From NCBI RefSeq assembly GCF_963921235.1, contig NC_086097.1:76944001-77008000 (forward strand): 64,000 nucleotides of DNA. The letters are read 5' to 3'. Positions 25,534 through 39,824 of the stretch are shown here, piece after piece. The notes under the pieces are model-generated. The model saw only the letters and a list, made by a program, of their open reading frames with translations. It was not told the origin of the DNA and ran no database searches. The first letter of the stretch is position 1. The number at the start of each line of letters is the position of its first letter. This stretch comes from Mobula hypostoma. Taxonomy: Eukaryota. A program made the translations under genes and the position numbers.

Positions 25534-27235
25534 TATAGGAAAGAAACTTATTAAGAACAAACTTATTTGTAATATTCTCAGAACTGTGTTGCTTTCAAAA
25601 AGTTAATTTTTTTTGCATCGTTTGATTAAGTAAAAGTAATAATGTATGTACACCAATTATTCATGCAATGATGTGGTTTTAAATGCTTCATTCAGTTTTA
25701 TAATTCTGCATTAGTTGGTTTCATCTGATTTCCCCTCTGTGAAGCACTGAGTGGGATCTGTTTTGCCTCACTGACTATATTAATTAGCAACTTGAAGAAA
25801 GGTAATGCTTGGTGCGTTTTGAAGTTTGTAAATGATAGTTCTCCTTGTGACAAGGTGATAAATGTAGAAAAGAGCTCATTAAGTAAATTTGCACCTGATT
25901 TTAATATGCATAATAAACAAGAGGTTGGTTTCTCTGTTGATTTAGTGAGTTTAATTGTCCAGTGTCTGAATCACTTTGATCAAAGGTTTATTCCAAATTC
26001 TGAAAGCACAACCTTATGTCAGGATCGTATTATTGCCTCAGAGGGCTGGCAGCTTGCCAGTACTCCCAGTTGATGCATATGCATGAACAACTTGTATTTG
26101 GGCAAAATACCAATAGCATCTTGAGAAATGTACTCAACAACAAAAAATAAAATCAATGTCCAATAGCAAATATAGAAGGAGAAAACCTTTAAAGTCCTTA
26201 CCTGAAATAGGAAATGTGTAAACATAAAAAAGTATTTATTTTGGGGAAAAAGAAATAATTGGGCTTAATTGATAACTCACCAAAGGCTTCTATGCGGAGC
26301 TGTTACCAAAATGGCTACCTAAATATTACCATAATACCATAAGACAGAAGAGCAGAATTAGGCCACTTGGCCCATCAGGTCTACTCCGCCATTTGAGCAT
26401 AGCTGATTTATTTTCCCTCTCAGCTCCATTCTCCTGCCTTCTCCTCATAATCTTTGATGCCCTCATTAATCAAGATCGTATCAATCTCCATTTTAAATAT
26501 ACCCAATGACTTGGTGTCCAGAACCATTTGTGGCAAAGAACTTCACAGATTCCTCCTAATCTCTTTTTTTAAAGGGATATCCTTGTATTCCGAGGCTGTC
26601 CCCTCTGGTCCTTGGGTCTCGAACTATGGGAAACATCCTTGCCATATCCACCATATCTAGGACTTCCAATATTTGATAATTTTCAATAAGATTCCCCTTT
26701 TTCAGATTAGAATCCATCAAATGCTTCTCATATGTTAACCCTTTCATTCCCAGGATCATTCTCATGAATCTCCTTTGGAACCTCTACAATGCCAGCACAT
26801 CCTTTCTTAGATAAGGGGCCCAAAGCCACTCACAATGCTCCCAATGTGGTTGAACCAATTCTTTAGAACCCCTCAGCCTTACATCATTGCTTCTATATTC
26901 TAGTCATCTTGAAATTAATCCTAATGTTGCATTTGCTGCCTTTCTACTGACTCAAACTGCAAGTTAACCGTTAGAGAATTCTGCTTTCGGGCTTCCAAAT
27001 GCCTCTGTATCTCTGATTTCTGAATGTGCTCTCTGTTTAGAAAATAGTCTATGCATTTATACCTTTAACCAAAGTGCATGAGCATACACTTTGTTATACT
27101 GTTAACCATTCCTCCTCTTTGCCCGTCTCTTAATCTGTCCAAGTCCTTCTGCAGAATCCCTGCTTCCTCAACACTATCTGCTCCTCTGCCTAACTTTGTA
27201 TCATCTACAAACTTGGCCACAAAGCCACCAATTCC

Positions 27236-28415
27236 AGAATCAGAATCAAAATCAGGTTTAGTATAACTGGCATATGTTGTGAAATATGTTGTTTTGTGGC
27301 AGGAGTACATTGTAATAAATAATAAAAAAAAGTTGTAAATTACAATAAGAAATATACATATGTAGCCCACCTGGCCAGCCTCAGGGTCGCTCAGCTCACT
27401 GTTGTCTAGGGAAACAGCCCTTGGCCCCGCCAAACTGGGTAATTAGTTTGTGTGGATGCTGTGTGATGTACCCCACCCTGCCCAAATAACAGACAATACA
27501 CCAGATACGATTAAATGAATTACAGTTTATAGATATTACTGGAACTATATAATTAATAGAGAATAAAATATAAAAGGAAAATAAGAGGTGCCACACTTAT
27601 CAAAGTTCAATCTCTTCATGCACAAACAGTTGAAGCTCAGGAGCCTCCTTCTTCACTCTGCGATCCCCTCGGACCACCTCGACCAGCCGCCTGGGACCAA
27701 CAACGGTGGTCGACCAGACGCTCCACACGAGTCCATCTCCATCTCCTCTCCTCGCCTCGGCCAACACCCTGGACCTTGGACTCCTGCTCGGGGTCCAACC
27801 CTGTTAGCAGACTCACAGCACCCTGTCCATCCTCTGTCTCTCTCTCCTGCCTTCTGCCCAAAAACCCGCGCATCACAATATCTTCCAGACACACAGAAAG
27901 CGTAACATCTATCCCAATTGGTTCGTAACACCCTCTTATCAGTAACATAAAAGAAGAAACCCCTTACACATATATTAAGTTAAATTAAATTAGTGCAAAA
28001 AGAGAGCAAGAAATAAAACAAAATAGTGAGGTTGTGTTCATGGGTTCATTACCATTCAGAAATCTGATGGCAGTGGGGAAGAAGCTGTTCCTAAAACCTT
28101 GAGTGTGAGTCTTCAGCCTCTTGTACTTCCTCCTTAATGGTAGCAATGAGAAATGGGCATGTCCTGGGTAAATGGGGTCCTTAATGATGGATGCCACCTT
28201 TATGAGGCATTGCCTTTTGAAGATGTCCTCGATGCTCGGGGGGTTTGTGCCCATGATTAACCCAGCTGAGTTTGCCAATTTCTGCAGCTTTTTCCTATTC
28301 TGTTCAGTGTCCCCTCCGTACCAGATGAGGAAACAACCAGTTCGAATGCTTCTCACAGTATCCCTATAGAGATTTTCAAGAGTCTTTAGTGACATGCCAT
28401 GTATCCTCAAACTCG
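27236..28415 (-). mobile_element. Rex1/Babar-like LINE 3' fragment nested in CR1
   Basis: ORF 27985..28410 (WYG...RKKLQK...IIKDP..PGH..FSLLP..R...FRNSFFPTAIRFLN) and a (GATTCT)n tail at 27236-27260. Confidence 0.85.
27361..27968. mobile_element. Solo LTR nested in the Rex1/Babar 3' UTR
   Basis: 608-bp GC-richer block with TGTA...TACA ends and a perfect 4-bp TSD, CATA (27357-27360 and 27969-27972). Confidence 0.85.
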
Positions 28416-30559
28416 GTCATCCAGATCATTAACATACAATATGAAAAGTAGCGGACCCAGCACCAATAACTACAAAACACCACTAGCCTCTGGCAGCTAA
28501 CCAGAAAAGGTCCCCTTTATTCCCACTCCTTGCCTTCTACCAGTCAGCCAATTTTCTGTCCATGCTGGTATCTTTTCTGAAATACCACGGGCTCTTGTTT
28601 TGTTAAGCAGCCTCATTTGTGCACTTTGTCAAAGGCCTTCTGAGAATGTAAGTAAGCAACATTCACTGAGTCTCCTTTGTCTATTCTGCCTGTTATTTCC
28701 TCAAAGATTTCCAACAGATTTGTCAGGCAAGATTTTCCCTTAAGGAAGCCTTACAGACTTCAACCTATTTTATGTGTGCTTCCAAATGCCCCAAAACTAC
28801 ATCCTTAGTAATGGACTCTAATATCTTCCCAACAACTCAAGGCAGTCTAATGGACATATAATTTATCTTTTGCCTCCCTCCCTTCTCAAAGAATGGATTG
28901 ACTTTTGCAATTTTACAGTCCTCGAGAACCATTCTAGAATCTAGTAATCCTTGAAATATCACTGCTAATGCCTTCACATTGTCTTCAGCTACCTCTTTCA
29001 GAACCCAAGGGTGTAGTCCCTCTGGTACAGGTGGCTTCACTATGTTCCCAGGTTTCAGCTTCCCAAGCACCTCTTGTTAGTAACAGTGACTACACTCAAC
29101 TCTGCCCCCTGACACTCTTAAATGTCTGGCATGCTGCTGCTGCCTTCACTATGAAGGCTGATGCAAAATATTTATTGAGTTCATTTGCCATTTCTTTGTC
29201 CCCCATTACTACTGCTCTAGCATCATTCTCAAGTGCTCTTGCTCCTACTTTACACTTTATATATCTGTAAAAACATTTGGAATACTCGTTTATGTTATTG
29301 GCTCGCCAAATGTCATCTTTCCTTTTTTACTGATTTTCCATTGCCTACCTTTGCTTTTTAAATGTTTCTCAATCCTCTAGTTACCAACTAGTTTTTGCTA
29401 TATTGTATGACCTCTGTTTTGCTTTTATGCTGTCTTTGACTTCCTTATCCATCCAAAATTTGCACCCCATCCAAAATTGTCTTTTCCCTAGTGGGCTTGA
29501 CCACAAGCTACTCTAAAATGTCACTTCATAGGCATCCTACAAATTCCTTCCTTTGGTACTCAGCACCAACCGGATTTTCCCAATTTACCAGGGTATTGAA
29601 ATTCCACATGATCTTCATAATACTGCGCTATTCCTTTTCTTTCTCCCATTCTAATGTATTCCTTACATCCTGGTCACTGTTCGGAGGCTTGTATGTGACT
29701 TCCATCAGGGTCTTTTTACCCTTGTAATTTCTTAACTCTACCCAAAAAGATTCTATATCTACATGGCACTTCTTTCTGAGGATTTGATTTCATTTTTTAT
29801 GAACAAAGCAACCCCATCCCTTCTGTCCACCTGCCTATCCTTTCAATAAGATGTGTACCCTTGGATGTTAAGCTCCCAGCTGTGATCTTTTTTGAACCAT
29901 TATTCTATGATTCCCATATCATCATATCTAACTGAAATCAATTTTCAAAAGCTTTAAGTTGGTTAAGCAAATCCAACAATGTATCATTATTCAATTATTA
30001 ATCAAAATACTATAATCAGTAGTGTTATTGGCAATTTTTGAAACTGAATTTTCAGGGTGACATTGTTTTATTAGAGACAGAAGACCATAATGAAACTGAA
30101 ACATTTAATGTATTGTTCAAAAGAAGGATTTATGGCACTGAGCTTATTTTAATTAACAACAAAAGATAGAAGGGAACATGATACAAATCTAGAAAATGTA
30201 GTTGCATATAAATGTTTTAGCTGTAAGCAGTTTGCCTAATGTCAGAAGGATATGTGCTTGTCAGTAATAAGCAAAAAATAAGAACAAATTGCTTAAATTT
30301 CTCACCCCATGACCTTTTTTTTAATGTATAAAACACTTTTCCTATTAAAATTATTAAACAATTCGTTGATTATCTTTCTGTAAAGGAAGTTATTTTAATG
30401 TTCATAAAGTTATAAGTTTAAGAATGCACTCTTTGTGAGCACATTGCAATGTGCTGGTTTCTTATCGCGTACCGCTGGGCCGGGGTACGAAATCAACTTA
30501 AGAAGCCTGATTTACTGGACCCCTTTAGTCTATGATTTTACTTGATCCAAGTTAACCCT

Positions 30560-31545
30560 GCATGCTATTTCCTCATGTTCACAACAGTGACTTCTGCTCT
30601 ATCATAAGTGACTCAGCTATCAGCCATGAAGTCCTTTCACTGCACTTCAGTTCTCAGCCACTCTCAGCCAGAAAAGAGATTGGGTTCCCTTTCTCCTTAC
30701 TCTCTACCAAACCAACCTACACACCGAGTAGACCAAGCTCCAGAGCCACCTTCAATGAATTCCACCACCCAATACGTATTCCTCTTCCCTTCTCCTTACC
30801 ACTCTGAGCAAGCTGTTCCCTCTGTGGTACCTTGGATTCTTCCTGAGTGTCTACTAACCACTCCCTTTCTCATAATGCTCCTCCATGCAGCCAACACTTG
30901 CTTTTTTACTTCTTACCCCTTTCCAACCACCTCCGCTGACGGAGCAGTCATTAACTTGCATTTGTATCAGTTTAGTCTGATGCTTTTGTAGTTCTGAATG
31001 TATTGACTTCTATGTTATAGAAATCAAATGAAGACTGAGCAGTTGCTTTCAGAACACCTATGTTCAGTCTGCCAGGGCAGCCCTAAGATGCCAAGTCATT
31101 AATGCTCAGTCCCATTCCTGCTTCGACCCTTGCCTTTGACTTCCTACACTGTTCCAGAGATGTCTAACTAAAAGCAGCATCTCTCTTTTCCTACATGGAT
31201 ATGTTACAGGGCCTGGGATATTGAACTTAAATATTTCTGAAAACTATCCTTTTTTTTCTTCTCCCTGTTGATTTACTTATCCCTTGTTTGAATTGGTTTA
31301 TTTCTTTGTCTTCTGCCTCTGACAGCTAGGTTTTAAAGTCAAAAGCCAATCACATACAGCCCTTCTGTTTCCATCACTTCTTTTCTTCTACAACTTAAAA
31401 CCTTTTTTCACTTTTCCCATTCTGATGAAGGGTCCTTGATCTAAAATATTAACTCTGTTTCTTTCCCCATTGATGCAGCCTTACCTGCTGAGTATTTTTA
31501 GCACTTCTGCTACCGATTTGAATTTCCAAGATCTGCAATTTGTTG
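30560..31545 (+). mobile_element. Old degenerate Penelope 3' fragment
   Basis: Decayed version of the GIY-YIG/pLTR sequence of 42780-44000, ending CTGATGAAGGGTC...GATGCAGCCTTACCTGCTGAGT...TTTCCAAGATCTGCA. Confidence 0.6.
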
Positions 31546-31614
31546 TTCCAATTTATACTTATGAAATCCTTCTTTAAAAAAAATTAAAAAGAAGTTGTAG
31601 CAAGATTGCTCAAG

Positions 31615-32580
31615 TCAACACGATAACATCTGCAGATGCTGTAAATCCAAAACAGTACAGAAAAAATGCTGGAGGAACTCAGCAGGTCAGGCAGCATCTA
31701 TGGAAAAGAGTAAACAGTTGAAGTTTCAGGCTGAGACCTTTCTTCAGGAATGGAAAAAAAAGGTAAGGAGTCAGAGTAAGGAAAAAAAAGATGAGAAGTC
31801 ATAGTGAGAAAAAACTTGCCCCTACCCTTCTCCCTCACTACTATTCAGAGCCCCTAAAAGTCCTTCCAGCCGAGGCAACACTTCACCTGTGAGTCTGTTG
31901 GGATCATTTGCTATATCCAGTGCTTCCAATGTGGCCTCCTATATATCAGTGAGACCCGACATAGATTGGGAGACCGCTATGCCAAGCACCTCTGCTCCAT
32001 CCACCAGAAACAGTGGGATCTCCCTATAGCTACCCATTTCAGTTCTACTTCCCCTTCCTATTCCAACATGTCAGTCCATGGCTTCCTCTACTGATGCAAT
32101 GAGGCCACACTCAGGTTGGAGGAGCAACACTTTATATTCCATCTGGGTAGCCTCCAACATGATAGCATAACATCAATTTCTTGAACTTCTGGGAATTGCT
32201 GCCCCTTCAACATTACCCATTCCCATTTCACTCTTTCACCTTATCTCCTTACCTGCCCATCACTTCCTTCTGGTTCTCCTCCCCCTTCCCTTTCTCCATG
32301 ATCTTCTTCCTTCTCCTATCAGATTCCCCTTCATCCAGCCCTTTATCTCTTTCACCAATCAACTTCCCAGCTCTTTACTTCAACACCTCTCATTCTCCAG
32401 GTTTCACCTATCACCTTCCACCTTGTACTTCTTCCTCCCCTCCCCCACCTTCTTACTCTGACTTCTCATCTTTTTTCCCCAGTCCTGATGAAGGGTTTCA
32501 GTCCGAAATGTCAACTGCTCATTTTCCCCATAGATGCTGGCTGGCCTGCTGAGTTCCTCCAGCATTTTGTGTGCATTGCT
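31615..32580. mobile_element. Penelope fold-back with GIY-YIG endonuclease remnant
   Basis: Inverted terminal arms. Plus strand 31815-32190 encodes a disrupted FTCESVGIICYIQCFQCGLLYISETRHRLGDR...LRLEEQH.IFHLGSLQ. Confidence 0.85.
32481..32516 (+). ncRNA. Minimal hammerhead ribozyme motif of the Penelope pLTR (core intact, stems imperfect)
   Basis: AGTC-CTGATGA-AGGGTTTCAGTCC-GAAAT-GTC-AACT. Confidence 0.55.
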
Positions 32581-33481
32581 TTGCTTCCATCAATATATTT
32601 TTTTCTAGTATGTATCATATCCTGTGGTGTTAATATTGTTTAAAGGGTAGTTTTATACAGAATTCCTTCATTTATTCTAGAGATGAAAACATATGCAATA
32701 TGTATATTACTGTATTTGGCATAGGCCCAGAAAGAATATGTGGAATAAAAGTTCAACAGATTAATTTTAAGAGTATCAACTGCAAGAGAGTCTCATTAAG
32801 AATGGTTCAAAGTATTGATAAGAAACAATGCAGAAGATTATAATGATTATTATAAAGATTATTCTCCCATCTCAAAATCCCTTGTTAATTCTGCAATAAC
32901 ACTGAACATAGCCCAAAACAAACATGCAGAATTCCTTCATGGGAATCAGGGATAAGTGCAGTGATGAATGGGTAGGGGTTGGTGTGGTGGACAGCTTTGC
33001 ATTGTGGAAGTTTACCTCAGGGATTGCTGAAGGAAAGCCAAGAAACTTGTCTGGTTGCAGAAAGGTAAGTATATGCAAGGAAAGTATTAGAGAGGCGAGG
33101 ACTGGATTATTCAGAAATGGATAAAGCTGAAAGAGTTGTGACAATCTGAGCACCCGTGGAGGTCATTACAAGATGGCGATGAGGGTTAAATGCACTCTGA
33201 GGGACACCAGATTCAGCACAGGTCATGGAAAGATCCAATCCTTAATCAGGTTGAGTAGAACTGTTCTAGTTCTTCCTGGCTCATGGGCAATCATGAAAAG
33301 GAACTCCTTGTTCCTTGCAGCATAATATTTTTTGTTTTGGCAGGCTGAGGTACAAGAAACATGGAAGGCCAATGCTAATGTTGAAATAGAAATAAGAACT
33401 TTGAGTACACAGATGAGTGTGTTGCTCCTGCCACCCCTCTAGAACTGGAAGAGTTTCAGTTTCAGTTTGGAGATTTTAGTA

Positions 33482-34294
33482 CAGTGCATTCCGGTTAATT
33501 GGAACACATCGGGACCAGTACATCTTGGCACTATTAAGCGATGGCCCCAATTGGCCGAAGTTTCATGGAAATACCGAAAAGATATTAAAAAGCTACCATT
33601 TATCTGAGTAACAATTTATGTACTAAATGAAATACATAAATTAGGGCACTACCAATGTCTCTACAGTACTGGTATCAGTTCTGATTAGTTATCAACAGAG
33701 GAATTCATCTCCCGTGTCCTTTTGACTGACTGTAAGTGAACAAAATCAGTGCAGCCACCTAGTGCTGATATTGGACTACCTTCATACAATACTTTAGACG
33801 ATTGCATCCTCCAAATTTTCATTTTCCTTGTAACATTCAAGATGATTGTCAATACCTTCAAATTTTGGCATTATTATTAACTTGTTGAAGTAGTGAAATA
33901 GTTTCATTTTCACTCCTGGCCATTTCCGGCATCTCCAAGCCTGAATGCTTGAAACCACAGTGAGGAAAACAGTTCTGAATTGGCTTGCTGCTCATTTCTC
34001 TCCAACTATCAGTGACAAAGATCAGAATGTTTTGAACACAAACACACACAACTAACACTATTTAAATATTGGTCACTCTAAGCACAGTGTAGTGTCTAAC
34101 GGTTGCACAAGTGCATGTGACTGATGCCAGTTAGAAACTGGCAACAGGCTCCTGCCCTATTTAAGCAGCATAGTGACCCAAATAAATGAAGGAAATCCTG
34201 GTTATTGTCTCAATTTAGCTTTTTTTCTTCAAGAGTTGTTCCAAATAAACAGCTGTCCCGATTAAATGATGGCCCAATTAACCAGAATCCACTG
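33482..34294 (-). mobile_element. Tigger/pogo-like non-autonomous DNA transposon, copy 1
   Basis: TIRs CAGTGCATTCCGGTTAATTGG / CCAATTAACCAGAATCCACTG with TA flanks. Minus ORF has DSWREMSSKPIQNCFPHCGF (Tigger DDE C-terminus-like). Confidence 0.85.
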
Positions 34295-35252
34295 TATTTT
34301 ATTTTCCCATTTAACATCAGACTTGTTTGTTTCAATGCACTGAACCAATCTCTTATCAACTCTAAAGCTTTCAACTCAAGGCCTGACAGGGCCATCCAAT
34401 ATGTTTTTGCTCACATTTTCTGACACATCAACAACAATTTGCTTTTGTAAAGTCCGAGAAATCTATCACTCCCACTAAGAGACAAAACCAAAGAGACTCT
34501 AAGGATTATACTCTGACGTGTCTATAGTTCCCACTGGTAACTAACATTTTGAACCAATTGGACTTGATAGTGTGTGCAAAAAATACTGAAACAGCAAGTT
34601 TTTAAATGATTTTTCAAAGGGAAATGTGAAACTATACTGGACTGTTACATTATCGTAACGAACAATGAAGAAATTAATTCATGTAAGAAGTTTAACTTGG
34701 TTGGTTGCAGCCAAATTCTAGTTTCTCCTTAGGCAATCCCTTAGGATAACCTACTTGTTTTGTTGGTTCTGAGGAGACAGATATGGAAAATGTAGGAATC
34801 ACTGATTCTCCCATATTCAGGTATTAGGTGCCTGATCAGGTGATTTGTGAGGTGGTGCCCCCCTTCCATCATTAACACTTCTCTTTCATGGTTCTTGCTG
34901 CATGGATTTGAAGTTCTCATTGAAATCTCTTTCTCCACCTTGAACAGTCCAGACCAGGGAACCCCAAGGGTCATGGAGAAGGTTACATTTCTTTAGGGGG
35001 TCTTTGAATCTTTTCCTCTATCCGCCTGGTAATCTCTTAGAGCTTGGAACAGTGTTTCTGCTTCAGGACTTTAGTGCTGGACAAATTCCTACCATTTTGC
35101 CAAAGAACATGTTGTATCTTCTTTTAAGCCTCAATTATTAGTAACCATCCTGTTGTTAGATTTTGATGCTGATTGTGATTCAAAATTTATATTGAATATA
35201 AACTCTGAAGTTATACACATAACATCTAATTGTATAATCTCCAATATTTTAA

Positions 35253-35411
<159 letters not shown>

Positions 35412-36011
35412 TGACCAGTGCAGGTAGAAAAAAATTAAAGCTTCTGCTGCAATTCTTCAGTCTCTGCATGCAAAGATCTTTTAGAATGGCTGCTATAGAC
35501 TGGGAGTCTTGATTGTATTTCTAGTCAAGGCCACTCTCCATAGAACAATATTGTTGATCCCTACTGTATGTAATGCCAATAATTTCTCAAGGATGGGCTT
35601 GAAAGAAAACATAGAACTCATTCTAAATGCTTTTTAAAATATGTCTCAGTAATTTATTGAGTAGCATATTGTTACAACTTGGTACCATAAATACTAAAAC
35701 TTTCTATAAAATGTTCTCCTGTTTTCCTGACTTGTAGAGAAAGCATTTGTGCAAAACTCTTAACTTTGGGATATAATTTTATTTTGCAATAAAAAAGGGA
35801 AGCTTGATTACTTTCAGGGTAAATTGTGTTAATCTAATACCACAGGTATTGGAATTTTATGACAAATGAAGAGAGGGACAGAAGAGGAATGCACACAAAG
35901 CAGAGTATGCCAACTTCCTCAAATCCAGATTTAGTGAAGGCAGAAGTGTCAGATATAATCTTCTGTTAACCAAAATAAATCATTAATATAATTTGTCTCA
36001 TTAAATTCCAG

Positions 36012-36140
36012 GAGTCTATCAGTGACTTCTATTGGTATTACTCAGGAAAAGATGTTATGGATGGACAAGGTCAGCGCAAGTTCTCTAAAGCATTATCAGT
36101 GGCCAAACAAATCTTCAACTCGCTGACTGAGTATATCCAG
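36012..36140 (+). CDS. RYR3: RYR3 exon ([43 protein letters not shown])
   Basis: ttccag acceptor, gtaaca donor, 129 nt, phase 0 to 0; TEYIQ carries Ca2+-site residues (RyR1 E3967/Q3970 equivalents). Confidence 0.96.
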
Positions 36141-37364
36141 GTAACATGGCTCCTCTATAGAAATGTAGATTCAGTATATATCAGATCAGTTCTGTACTTT
36201 AAATTAAAGGATTGTAAAGTACCTTAACTTTTAATATGTTACAATTCATGACTTCATGTCATGGCGAATCCCTTTAAGAAATATAGATTAACTAGAATTT
36301 TGGTGAATTTTACATTTTAGACCTTGGCTGTATTTCAGTCCATTATAGATTTCACATGTTGAAGCACAATGTCCACTCTTGTTGAGAAAAATTTGAGAAT
36401 AGCCTGAACATGTGATTTGAATTAGCATTTCTCTTTCTTTAACTCAAGTACAAGAATTACATCTAAATGTATTTATTCTCCAGAAATTAAAGTTTATTTC
36501 TGTGTCAGGGGTGAAGGAGTAAACAGGGGGAGTCAAATGACAGGAGTATTTGTACTCTAATAGGAACAGATTCTGTTTTGCAGTACAGCAAAGAGATCTG
36601 GTGGAAAAGATTAACGGAACATTAAAAGGGATATGCATACCGTGTATGTAGGGGAGGGGAAGTTAATGCTCTTCCATACGTATCATAAGGAACACAATTA
36701 AAAGGGACGAATGAAGCCAAAACCTTAATGTAGCCATCATTAGAATACACAGTTCTGCATTACCCTCTATATAAAAGAAGAAATTTAGCTGAGTATTTGA
36801 AGGCAGCAGCAAAGCAACCATGCTCAGGACTGACCTTGAAGAAAGCTCCCTGCAACAATTTGTCTCTGCAGTGTGAAATTCTCCTTGTTTGACATTTGGT
36901 ACTGTTCGTCATCAGTTCATAAGGATCCCTGGTGTCTAGCATTACTGAACTAATTAAGCAGGCAATCACATTAAAGAATTAATCGCAAACAGCAAAGAAG
37001 GACAAAAATTGTTTTCCTAATCAATTGTTTGGTGCGCTAAATAAAGGTAGAACAATATATAATTAAGCTAGCACCTGAAAATTCATTATTCATAATAATA
37101 TTAAAATTCTGCAAATTTTAATATATTATGAAACATTTATCTGAGGAAAAACATACACAAAATTAATTATTTTCAGGACAGATTGCTGAGGAGTCATTAT
37201 GGTTCTGTACAACTGATAACAGTTATGCATCACACAACTTTTCATGAGATTTTACTAATACTTAGAAATAAGATTAGTTCATGCATCACTTTAGTTCCAT
37301 CAGTTCACTTATTTCCTTTCATTGTTTCAAAAAAAGGTCAAAAATGAACCCGCGTATGGGGAAG

Positions 37365-37650
37365 AATTGATAGCAACTTCAGGATTTCCTATGGAAATGA
37401 ATAAACAGTCAACATTTTGGGCAAAGACCCTTCTTCAGGACTGGAAAGGAAGGGGGAAGATGCCAGAATCAAAAGGCGGGGGAAGGGAAAGGGCAATAGT
37501 ATGAAGGTGATAGGTGAAGCCAGGTGGTTGGGAAAGGTAAGGGGCTGGAGAAGAAGTAACCTGATGGGAAAAGGACGGAGGAGGGGCGGCAGGTGAGGAA
37601 AAGAGGTCCACTCTAGATTTCCAGCATCTACAGAATCTCTTGTGTTCAGG
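37365..37650 (-). mobile_element. Penelope pLTR fragment
   Basis: Matches the fold-back arms (AAACAGTCAACATTTTGGGCAAAGACCCTTCTTCAGGACTGG) and the TTTCCAGCATCT.CAGAATCT tail. Confidence 0.75.
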
Positions 37651-38994
37651 ATTTCCTTGTAAAATCACATGCGGAAACCTCACAACTGCTGCCTAATGCT
37701 GATGGTAAACACTAGTATTAGCAACATAATTATGTAGAGCAGACAACAGTATGGCACAGGAATGGGTTCTGTGGCCCATAATATTGTGACAAACTTCATA
37801 TGACTATAAAATTCAATCTACTGAAGTTTTGGAGAATGTAGAAGGCAAAAACAAGACTTATTTATATAGCCCCTCTGATATACTTCTCAGAGCAGATATA
37901 GGGATATTTGTTTACAAGATCACCAGGTAGCACTCTCTTACCTACTAATAAAATACTGCAATAAAATCTTTTATATCCTCAGAGGCCAGGTAGATCACAA
38001 TTTAAATCTTCATCCAAAATTCGATACCAGTGGCAGTACTGCACTAAAGTCATGCAGTGAATGTATTGCCTTTTTCTTTTGGTGTGAGGCTGCATCTTTA
38101 ATGATCTGATTCCCAGGCAAATTTTCAACTATTGAGGCCGGTACAACTTAGAGTACACAACCGAACTTTGATTTCTGAAGAAGGGTTATGATAAGATTCA
38201 TTCCCTATGTTTGAATCATAATTTAACAAAAAATTAAAAAGAATAGATATAAAGTGCTTATCATATCTTCAGGGGACCTTGTTATATTTTGCAGTCAATA
38301 CTTTACATTTGAAGTCTAACAATGTGAGAGTATTGTGTTTGGGAGGAACAGATGGACTTGAACCTATTGTTCACAAAACGTTTCACCACTGAGGTTTTCT
38401 TCAGCAATATGGATCTAGGTCTGTTGTTGTCTAAAAGATAGAAAATGATTAGTCAATACCTTCATTACTGTTCTATCATGCAGAGACCAGAAAGGGAGAA
38501 AGTGAGCTGGTTTTAGATCCTTAGTTTCTGTGAAAAGCATGAAACTATATTGGGGGTTAAGGAAAAGATATTGATTAAATTGAATAGAGTATTTGTTGAC
38601 AATAGTGTAATAGTCTGTGAGTTGGAATCAAAGCAGTATATACACCTTGTCCAGAGAGATCTTGCAATGGTACAACAAAGAAAGGCAGTTTCATCAGAAT
38701 ACGGGGTGGTGGAAACAAAATTCACGATAGAAATTGCAGCACAATCTTTCAACAGGAAGGAGACTTTTGTCAAAATATTCTGGGAGTCAAGGACAGTTAT
38801 ATAGAAATCATATAATTGAATTTAAGCTCAGTCGCTTGCAGCGTCACAGCTGATAGGAATGACTGACAGTGAGATCAGCTATCCACCCACATAATGTCTC
38901 TGAATAACACCATCATTAAAGGCAGCATTGCGTGAATAGACAGGTGATGAAGAGATTGGAAAAGACGATGGTCAGATATAATTAAAACTAACTA

Positions 38995-39824
38995 CTGTAG
39001 ATTCCGTTTAATTGGGCCATTGGTTAATCAGGGCAGTGGCTTATTTGGGACAACTCTTACAGAACAAAAACTAATTGAGAAAGTAGCTGGGATTTCCTTT
39101 GTTTATTTAAGGCACTATGCTGCTTAATTCGGACAGGAGACTGTTGCCAAACAGTTTCTAACTAGCATCAGTCGCAGGCACTTCTGTGGCCATCAGACAC
39201 TACATCGTGCTTTAAGCGAACAGTTTTTAAATAGACTCAGTTGCTTGTGCTTGTGTTCAAAAATCAGTGATTTCTGTCACTGATGGTTGGCAAAAAGTAA
39301 GCACTAAGGCAATTCAGAACTCTTTTGCTCACTGCAGTTTCAAGCATTCAGGTCTAGAGATGACAGAAACAGCCAGGAGTGAAAACAAAGTGATTTCACT
39401 ACTTCAACAAGCTAGGAACTACAAAGAATTTTAAGGTATTCACAATCATCTTGAATGTTACAAAGAAAATAAAGATTTGGAGGATCCAGTTGCTGATAGC
39501 ATTATATGAAGGCAGTCCAATATCTCTACTTGGTGACTGCGCTGATGTTGTTTACTTACAGTCAATTAAAAGAGCTAATACACTGGATGAATTCTTCTGC
39601 CCATATCTATTAGAAACTATTCCACAGTGTTATTGTACTGTAGTGATATCGTTAGTTCTCTGATTTGTTCTGTGTTTCATTTAAATACATAATTTGTTAC
39701 TCAGTTAAACAGTAGTTTGTCTTTTTTTTATACCTTTTTAAACTATTTTCAAGAAACATCAGCTAATTGGGGCAGCCAGTTAATGTACTGGTCCCGATGT
39801 GTCCCAATTAACTGGAAACCACTG
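38995..39824 (+). mobile_element. Tigger/pogo-like element, copy 2 (opposite orientation to copy 1)
   Basis: Same TIRs with TA flanks; interior is the reverse complement of 33482-34294 along its length. Confidence 0.85.

Larger units (their letters stand above)
26330..29930 (-). mobile_element. CR1 LINE, decayed, hosting nested insertions
   Basis: Collinear with the 8604-10844 copy; KFVDDTKLG and GLHPWVLKEVA segments. Interrupted at ATTCC|GTCATCC. Confidence 0.88.

Noticed and set aside
34690..35080. Possible additional LINE/SINE fragment
   Set aside because: Looks repeat-like, but I could not identify a motif, terminus or TSD to classify it.
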